A DNA stretch of 63,995 bases, filler included, from Intoshia linei (lineage: Eukaryota; Animalia; Orthonectida): the NCBI GenBank assembly GCA_001642005.1. It is 9 parts of 9 records of this genome, joined end to end, with 100 filler letters (N's around TTAATTAATTAA, not from the genome) between each part and the next. Parts side by side here need not be neighbours in the genome. Positions count along the whole stretch, not along the records: positions 52,266 to 57,648 come from LWCA01001792.1; positions 57,749 to 59,721 come from LWCA01002437.1; positions 59,822 to 62,660 come from LWCA01002201.1; positions 62,761 to 63,995 come from LWCA01002698.1; 5 more parts are not named here. One strand, written 5' to 3'. The notes under the pieces are model-generated. The model had not been told where the DNA came from. It was given only the letters and a program-made list of their open reading frames with translations, and did not search any database. Each line of letters begins with the position of its first letter. Position 1 is the first letter of the stretch. Shown here in pieces: positions 55,177-63,995 of the stretch. Made by a program: the position numbers and the translations under genes.

Positions 55177-56937
55177 ATGAACAATGATAAAATTGATAAC
55201 TCACTTCCTAAAAATAAGTAATTATATACTAATTTTTACATGATCAATCTAATCAAAAAATAGACAAAATATTTTAAAATGGAACGGTTGGGGATACAAT
55301 TATTGCAAATGGACTGTAGAAAATGATTCACTGGCTTTTAAGGGTGGAGAGTAATGAATCATTATTATTTATGAGTTATAATTGACATACATTAATTAAT
55401 TAAATTATCATTATTATTATTATTATTATTAATTATAATTTTAATTACATTTCAAAAATTTTAGTTACGAAATCAGCGATAAAAGTTTGCCAGAATTAAT
55501 TCCTTTTATCCAAAGGACTATGGGAATTACATATTCTGCTCAGGATATAAAACTGGATGATGTAATATGTTCTGTCAAATTTTTAATTGCGTCAGGTCAA
55601 AACGCATGCATAATAGACACAAACTTTCAATATCCATTTGGTGTACATTATGAAATATTTTAGCATTATATTTTTCTGTGGTAAGCTAAAAAGCGGTTCT
55701 TTTAGAAAGTTGATATTATTAAATTTATTATTATTTTCTAGTTTTTGTTTTTTTAACAAAATCAAGTGACCTTTACATGTAACAGTGTAATATAATAGGA
55801 TATTAACTGTATTAACCCTATCACTGTCGGTATATTCTATACTATACACAGCAATTTCACTTTACACGTCTGTGTATTCTATGATATACACAGCATAATT
55901 TTAAAAAGCTTTATTTTTTTATTTTCATAAATTTTCACATAGGTAATTTAAAAATAATACAATTTTAAATTAAAACATAAATTCCAAACGTGTGGTGATG
56001 CATCATAAAATAGTATTAGACAGTGAAAGGATTAAACATATCATGTATATTTACATTAATATAATAATCTTTTTTAAATAAAGAAACCATTCGACAAAAC
56101 ATTTATACTTCCACCAATAGTTAATGAAACCTTTGAATTTGCTTTAAAAGAAAATTCTCAAGCCAAGTATACGTATTCGTCAGATGAAATTGACAGATTT
56201 TTTCACTCTAAAGGTTTTTAATAAATATTTATATATATACAGTTAATAATAAAAACTGAATAATCCCGTTAATAACCCTTGCAGTTTTAACGTAGGAAGC
56301 ATTATTTTTACTATTGCGACCATATAATGCCTGCAACAACTATTTTGTTAAGGTGGTTCTCACCATTTATTTTATTATAACAAAATATTTTTTACAAAGT
56401 TGATTAGTTTTATTTTAGGCCAAAATTTAAAAGAAACATACATGTCACAAAATTTGGAAAAATTGGATATAAGAATTGTCGATTTGGTTGTTTGGCCAAG
56501 TACATTATATATAATTTACATATTATTATAGTATGCTCTATTTTTTCTGATCATGGTGCATTATAATCAATATTAATTGATGGATAAATATGATTCATAA
56601 ATATACATAAACTAGATCAGCGACAATCTACTATATCGAAAGGTGTCTCCATGGGTTATATTATTATACTTTTCAGATGCTTTTTTAATTTCCGAATGGC
56701 TTCGCAGTTTCTGCACCAACTAATTTTATAGTAATCTCTAAATCAGTAACTTTTGCTAATAATAACCCAACATTTATTACTTTATAATTATTTTTACTTT
56801 GATTATATAATATTGATATTGATTGATTTCGCTATATAATCTATTTAAATATAAAAGTTGTTTAGCTTGTGAAAATGATGTCGTTATTTTGATCGATCTC
56901 TGTAATAAATATGATGTGGTTATTATTCCTTTTGGAG
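55177..56937 (+). CDS. AGPS: Alkyldihydroxyacetone-phosphate synthase, 5' six exons (rest lost toward the 57649 spacer)
   Basis: QNILKWNGWGYN, PPIVNETF, DRFFHSKGQ, RIVDLVVWP|TCENDVV...VIIPFGG (FAD-binding PCMH domain). Confidence 0.88.
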
Positions 56938-57415
56938 GTTCATTATTTATTTTATTTTATTTATGTGTTGATTATATTATAATATAGGCTAATTATAAGT
57001 ATTATTATACAGTGCGCGATAGTAAAAATAACGATGTTCATTATAGAGTTTATAGTGAACTTTTTATTATCCTTAAAATGCTGATTTTTCCACTTGAAGC
57101 GTCATAAGTAGGGTAATTTTTTAAACAACCTATAAAATAAAAAAAATAACCTAACGACTGATTTTTAGTAACTTTTAGCTATTATTAGTAACTTTAAAAA
57201 ATTTTTTTTGTATACAACTCTAATTTGAATATTGTTAACTTCAATCGATTAGTTTTCATTTTTTCCAAGTATTTTTTATCTGTTTTTATTTGGTACCATT
57301 TGAAAATTCAAAATATTTACTGAAATTTTTTTTCTCTAAAAAAATAAATTTCTATTGTTTACCTTCAAGAATATCCTTCATACTCATTATTCAGATATAT
57401 TTAATATACCAAATA

Positions 57416-57648
57416 TTAATTTAAATGAAGAAAATTAAACTGTGCAAATGGATAATTAATAGAGTATTTATTGTTGTGATACAAAATTATGTATTTTTTG
57501 ATATTTTCAGGAGCTAATGGTCTCTGTTTAGTTACCATTTTTTTTAACAGACTAAAACTTCTTTCTACGCTGACGGATGTAGAAAGAGCGTTCTTTAGAG
57601 AATGATATAATATTGGGGATTTGTTTGAATCTAAATTATTCATAATGG
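57416..57648 (-). mobile_element. hAT-like transposase C-terminal fragment
   Basis: LKNALSTSVSVERSFSLLKKMV...ENIKKY (ERSFS dimerisation motif); truncated by spacer. Confidence 0.65.
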
Positions 57649-59821
57649 NNNNNNNNNNNNNNNNNNNNNNNNNNNNNNNNNNNNNNNNNNNNTTAATTAA
57701 TTAANNNNNNNNNNNNNNNNNNNNNNNNNNNNNNNNNNNNNNNNNNNNTATAAAATTTATATTTATATTTATAATAAATCAATAAGGCTTAGAAAATTTG
57801 TCCCATATCCAACAAAGCGTAATGAATGAATTACAAAATCAATGGAAAAACGAAGAGTAAAATTTAGATAATAAATATGTAATTGGTTTTTATTGGGAAA
57901 TTTTTATTTTTTAATTATAATTGTATAATAAAAAATTAATTTTTTATATGAATACATTATTACTTTGATTACATTACAGATTACATGACCCCATTTGAGA
58001 AGCACTAATATACATTGTATATATTAAAGTTTAAAGTGTATTTAGTCTAAAGTATATATAAATTAGAATGCAATACATTTTAGATTGTATACTTAATTGC
58101 TAAATAATTAANNNNNNNNNNNNNNNNNNNNNTTTATTGAGAAATTTTTATTTTTTAATTATAATTGTATAATAAAAAATTAATTTATTTTATGAATACA
58201 TTATTACTTTGATTACATTACAGATTACATGATCTCATTTGAGAAGCACTAATATACATTGTATATATTAAAGTTTAAAGTGTATTTAGTCTAAAGTATA
58301 AATAAATTAGAATGCAATACATTTTAGATTGTATACTTAATTGCTAAATAATTAACTATTCCAGCGGTTCCCAATTGCTGTTCCGTGAAACATGTTTTAT
58401 AAATTGAAATACAATAAATATTATAATTCGCAGTGTCAGAGTTATAATGTTCTATTTGCATAAACATAGTTTTGCATAAATCGAATTTAAAGTTTAAAAT
58501 TATAAGATTGCTTAAAATATAAATTTTATATTGCAATTTAATTATACAATTTAGTTGGTTAATATTTTTTAAAGTATATTGAAAGGTTTCGTACAATAAA
58601 AAAAAACATAAGTGTTTTTCAAAACTTAAATTTTACTTATGGAACAATCAGTCTAACTATTCCATTTGAAAAAATTGCACATAGAACAAGATTCTATAGA
58701 AAATTATACATATAATTATAAATTATAATAAAAATATAATAAAATTTATCAGTTTTATCACCAAAATTAATTTTTATCAATTTATATGTAATAATTATAT
58801 AATTATTTAAACATTGTTTATTTTGATTAACATACTTTCAATTTCTTTCTTTTTAGAATTGGTGAGGTTAGTTTTATTAGGAATGTGATAATATTGTAAG
58901 GAATTATTAAGTCGAGATTTAGTAATTAAACCAGTAAATCTTCGTTATATCATAAAATATTNCATACTTTTAATTTTTTTCTTTTTAGAATTGGTGAGGT
59001 TAGTTTTATTAAAAATGTGATAATATTGTAAGGAATTATTAAGTCGAGATTTAGTAATTAAACCAGTAAATCTTCGTTATATCATAAAATATTACGTTTT
59101 CAAGTTTAATTTTTTTGGTAAAATGTAAAATATGTAATTAATTACATTTTTTATTAAAAACATCATTTTTATCAAAAATTCAAATAGAACATTATAACTC
59201 TAACACTGCGATATACAGTCAGTATCAAAAGTATATCAACAAAAATTAATTTTAATTTTAAATTCATTTAAATTGACATAATTTTTACATAAATAAATAT
59301 ACATAGTTAATTATTTCATACTACATTATACTATATTGTATATTTATGTGTATATTGCCTTTAAAATGATATATGTATAATGAGTCATTCGATTCGATCG
59401 TATCTTTAATATGCATTTGAAATTGTCAAACGTATAAAAAATAATGAAATGACGCGTCATAAGTATGTCAACAAAAAACAATACACAAAAAGCTAAATAG
59501 TATTTAATTTATATTTTGTTTTAATAGTTTATATGATGACTCTTTGAATTATGACATAATTTATTTCTATTTATCCTACTTTTAGCTATATTTTTTATCC
59601 TATCTATATATTAATTTATCTTACTTTTTTTAAATTTTGCCTAGTAATTTCGTTTAGTAATCGGTGGAAAATTTTATAGTAAATTACTTGTTTGTGATGA
59701 AAAAAGTGTAGGAACCCTGAANNNNNNNNNNNNNNNNNNNNNNNNNNNNNNNNNNNNNNNNNNNNTTAATTAATTAANNNNNNNNNNNNNNNNNNNNNNN
59801 NNNNNNNNNNNNNNNNNNNNN

Positions 59822-60665
59822 ATACTTTTCCGCATTAATGGTTTTTTTGTTTTTAAGATATTCATAATAAACTATGCCTTTCATATCCCACCAAATACTC
59901 ATCATTACCTGTTTATCATCGAGTTCTGATTTTGGAGTCAATATCGGTGATTCCTGGGAAGATAGCCATTGTTTTTTCAATTTAGTATTATCACAATGTA
60001 TCCATTTTTCATCAGCAGTCAGAATATTTTCTAAAAACGGTTCATTTTTTAGTCTGGCTAGTAATAATTGACATATGTTTTTTCTATTTAATTTATGTTG
60101 AATCGTTAATAAGTGGGGTACCCTTATTCCAGACTTAGTCACTTTTTGCAAACGTTTCAAACAATTATAGGCACTGGTTTTTAAACAGCTGGCAACAATG
60201 GAAAGCGATTGATATGTTTGAATTGAAGATTTTTTCAATTCACCTTTTATTTGAGTAAAATCAACAGTTGAAGGTCTACCGGAACGTTGAAAATTCATTA
60301 TGGTGTATTTTTCATCTCGAAATCTTTTAAACGATCTTTGACATTTTCGGTCATTTAAAACATCCTTACCATACACAGCACATATATTTTTGGTAGTTAC
60401 CACTACACTAAGGTCCTTAAAGTACTCATACACTAAAATATGACGTAAATGTCACTCAAAATCATTAAAATAATCCGTCTAAATGGCCATTGAATAAATG
60501 TAGATTTAAATAAACTACGTTCTCATCTGATGTGGTGATCTTCATGTCGTACACATGATTGTTAAAAAGTATTTTATATTTCGAAATATGTCAAATCTTA
60601 TCGGTGATAAAGCATTTCTAATCAATTGTATCAATAAAAACGACATAACTTTGCGAATCACCTAA
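59822..60665 (-). mobile_element. mariner element 5' half (TIR plus decayed transposase), truncated by spacer
   Basis: TA|TTAGGTGATTCGCAAAGT TIR; HLRHILVYE, RSGRP, RVPHLLT, ILTADEKWIHCDN, MMSIWWD. Confidence 0.88.
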
Positions 60666-61252
60666 TAACTAATTTTTTAAAAAAAAGTAAGCTAGTAAAT
60701 CTGTGGTTTGATCGTGAAAATGAACATTTTTGGGATTGCTATTTATGATTCTAAAACCTACCCCACAATTTATGTTGTGTAAAATTCTACGAGTTTGTTA
60801 ATTTAACAAAAAAGGACTATTGGGGTTTTAGATTTTGAAGGACTCATTTTATAAAAATAAAATTTCCAATAAAACATTACTCTCGAAAAACTGAAATAGA
60901 AATATGTAATTGTTAAAACTCGACAATCTTACTTTCTTATATAAACTGAAACATTAACAAACACATTCATTAATATCTAAATTACTTTATATAAGGATTT
61001 TCTAAATTTTACTTCCAATAAATATACATTTAGACAGCATGACTGAACTTTTTCAAAAAAATGGATTTGTTATAATTGAAAATGTATATATTACCTCACA
61101 AACTGTAAACAAAAAGGAAAATAAATCATTTTATAAGCAATGTTTACAAGTTACATTAAAAAAACTCCAATAAAATTGTATTTCTTGTAATTTATTTTAT
61201 TTTTTAAATTTTAAAAACATTTAAATTCAATTTTATTTACATAAAATTAAAC

Positions 61253-61753
61253 TTATAGGTACAATCCTTCTGGAACACCATCCTTTTTTCTGTAAATAAC
61301 ATTTTCCTTTGCTTTACGAAAGTCTTGATTAGTAACTTTCATTCTTCGTTCTCGTAAAGCTAGCAATCCTGCTTCAGTGCAAATGGCCTATAGTAAATGT
61401 GATTAAAAATATACTTACTGAGGTGAAAAATATTTATCAAATAAACCTTGATATCCGCACCAGACAAATCATCTTTTGCGACAATATAGTCGTCAATACA
61501 AACATCGTTAGCCACCGCCATCTTAGTAGTGTGAATATTGAATATTCGTCGTTTGGTTTTCTCGTCAGGGAGGGGGAATTCAATTTTTCGATCAATACGA
61601 CCTGGGCGTATCAAAGCAGAATCTAGTGTGTCAATTCGGTTGGTAGCCATAATTACTTTTATATTTCCAGTAGTATCAAAACCGTCCAATTGGTTCAATA
61701 ATTCCAACATTGTTCTCTGAATTTCACGTTCACCTCCAGAATTTGAGTCATAT
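61253..61753 (-). CDS. PSMC1: 26S proteasome ATPase Rpt2, last two exons (61447-61753, 61253-61387)
   Basis: [26 protein letters not shown]...[19 protein letters not shown]...SGADIK|[18 protein letters not shown]...PEGLYL* (Rpt2-type C-terminus). Confidence 0.96.
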
Positions 61754-62279
61754 CTAAAAATTATAATACAAATGTATAGTAAAAAATATATTTCAAATTT
61801 GTGAAAATTAAAAACAATTCGTTACGGTACATGCGAGTAAGAGTTGGGAAATTACGATCACGCAGAGCGCGAGTACAATGATTCTACAAAAAAATAAGAT
61901 CTCGCTGTCTTTTCTCGATTATAAGAAGTCTTCTTATATTCGAGAGTAGAAGGAAAAATGCTTATAATCAAAAACAAGCAGACTTTTAAGCAGACATTGA
62001 AAATATAAAAAATACACTATTAGTTTTTTTCTAATTAGTATAAACTTATAAATTAGACATACTATTGTATTAAGGAAGTTATTTTTTAGAAATAAATTGA
62101 TATGTTGTCTATTTTTTGTTTAAAGTTTTTTCTTTCGAATACAAGCAGAAACTGCTTATATTCAAATTTTATTTAGTTAAAAATTTCACTGAAAATTTGT
62201 ATTTCAGGGGTCTGCTTATAATCGAGAAAACAGTAGTCGTATTAACACTACGTGTGATCAAATTTATATTTTCGAACTA

Positions 62280-62660
62280 CAGTGGAATCTTGATAATACA
62301 TACAGCTAAATTACACAATACATTTATGCACTAATTTATTACCAAGACAACTTTAAAAATCAAAAAGTAATAAAGTAAATATAGCGCATTCTTTAAACGA
62401 GAACGAAACTTTTCAAAATTTAAAAAAACGAAATTAATTATACGATGAAATGAAAGTCAATCAGTATGTTTGAAAAAATTGATATTATCAAGAGGTTAGA
62501 AGGGAAATCATACACAGTGGTAATAAATTTAAATAAATAAATGATAACTAAAGCAGGTGGCAGCTGAACTTGATATGCCCAGACAGACAGTTGTCACAAT
62601 AGCTCGACAAAAACAACAAATTCTGCAACGAAGTGACGATAGTAAAAAATCTTTGAAAAT
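62280..62660 (+). mobile_element. pogo/Tigger-like element 5' end with CENP-B-type HTH, truncated by spacer
   Basis: TA|CAGTGGAATCTTGATAA terminus; MK*KSISMFEKIDIIKRLEGKSYTV|QVAAELDMPRQTVVTIARQKQQI after removing a 34-nt GT-AG segment. Confidence 0.7.
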
Positions 62661-63995
62661 NNNNNNNNNNNNNNNNNNNNNNNNNNNNNNNNNNNNNNNN
62701 NNNNTTAATTAATTAANNNNNNNNNNNNNNNNNNNNNNNNNNNNNNNNNNNNNNNNNNNNTTTCTGATATCGATTCAATATACATACTTTCACAAGATGC
62801 TATTTTATCGTAGTGATCTCTGCGTTGGTTACATCGAAAAAAATACTTCATTGTGTAATTGTTTCCATCATACCTTACGAATCTAATCTTGTTCATACAA
62901 ATCACATTTACTCGTTCTGGACACTTGTATGTATCCATAAAATAAATTCCATTAACGTAAAACCCAAAAGTAAGTAGATATAGATTTACACCTGGCTCAG
63001 ATTTTATTATCCCAACACTAGATAAAAGCCAATCCTAAATATAAAATTATACTTTTTTAAAAATATTATTTACTTTTTCATTATTTTTGTGAACTCTATT
63101 ACTAGCCTGATAATGAATTTGGGTTGAATTTTTGAAAAACAAAATCCATATAAAAATTAAAAACCACATGTGATAGTTTGATTACGATTTACCAATATAT
63201 GAACCTTCAGTATATTTAATTGTTTATTTATAAATATTATGTCAATATTAAAATTTTTAAAATAGTAAATTCACTCATTAAACTGATACTAGAGTACAAT
63301 TGTCATTAGCGGAAGTGAAATTTGTATAAAAAATTTTTCACATTAAAAATTATTATTATTATAGTTGAGTTTATATTATGTGTTATAAAATAAAAAAACG
63401 ATAAATTTAAATTACATGCTACTTTATTATTTTTTACGTTTTTTGTTAGTTTGATTTGTATATTTTTAGAATATTACAAAATTATTATAAAAAATTTAAT
63501 TTAAAGGCTTTATTATACTATTATAACATAAAAAAAAATAATATACGATATTTTAAAATACATTCTCAAAAGGAATGCATCATAATTACGCGAATGTTGA
63601 CTAAAAAGTAATAACGGTACATGGTTATGTTTAGAAAATTAAACTTTATTGAATGTGCATAAACATAATGTGGTTAGAATTTAAAATTTATTAATACATT
63701 TATTTACCATAAAAATATAACGTAAATAATATAGATGTTCTCAATTTTATATAGTCATGTTTAAAAAATGTAGGCTATGTTTATAATTGATATGGTCATA
63801 TTTGCATTTGATAAGGAACTTTCTTTAAAAATTGATTGTAACGATCGTAAATCATAGGCAATAAATATGAACTAAGCCTTAGCTACACCTGAGGTTAGAG
63901 TGCCATCAATAATCGCTCATAAACTCATTGTAGATAATAGTAGGTAGATGAAATCTACAAGTTACTGAAGGTGAAGGAGGATATCCTATTAGATC

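Noticed and set aside
18174-62760. Recurrent TTAATTAATTAA between N runs as a biological repeat or array
   Set aside because: Fixed 100-bp six-frame-stop assembly spacer; ORFs containing X across it are artefacts
62761-62938. Minus-strand Cys-containing ORF, possibly a transposase N-terminal zinc domain
   Set aside because: Too short and truncated by a spacer to assign

Overview
AT-rich eukaryotic (animal) genomic DNA with very short spliceosomal introns (mostly 34-45 nt). The intron sizes and divergent proteins suggest a reduced invertebrate parasite such as the orthonectid Intoshia linei; this is inference only. The window is nine contig pieces joined by 100-bp artificial spacers (N44-TTAATTAATTAA-N44), so neighbourhoods across spacers are not meaningful. 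Hand-spliced host genes, most missed or fragmented by the ORF track: LC3/Atg8, an SLC36-type amino-acid transporter, TAF11, a VPS37-like gene, a PTTH/trunk-like cystine-knot ORF, GPN1, ATG12, NDUFAF7 (3' part), a BAR-RhoGAP (ARHGAP17/44/SH3BP1 type), RBBP6, MRPL18 (5' part), tomosyn/Lgl, GRAF-type RhoGAP and CYFIP (internal parts), AGPS (5' part) and PSMC1 (3' part). Longer introns and intergenic DNA hold non-autonomous Helitrons, hAT/piggyBac/pogo MITEs and decayed Tc1, mariner, hAT and Gypsy remnants. I found no CRISPR, rRNA or tRNA and no clear multi-gene novel system. Best leads: DNA transposases carrying host-style mini-introns, a PTTH/trunk-like ligand, a motif shared by all three divergent promoters, physically overlapping ATG12/NDUFAF7 stop codons, a BAR-RhoGAP apparently lacking its arginine finger, and an 18-bp piggyBac-like insertion. 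All family calls come from recalled motifs, not database searches.
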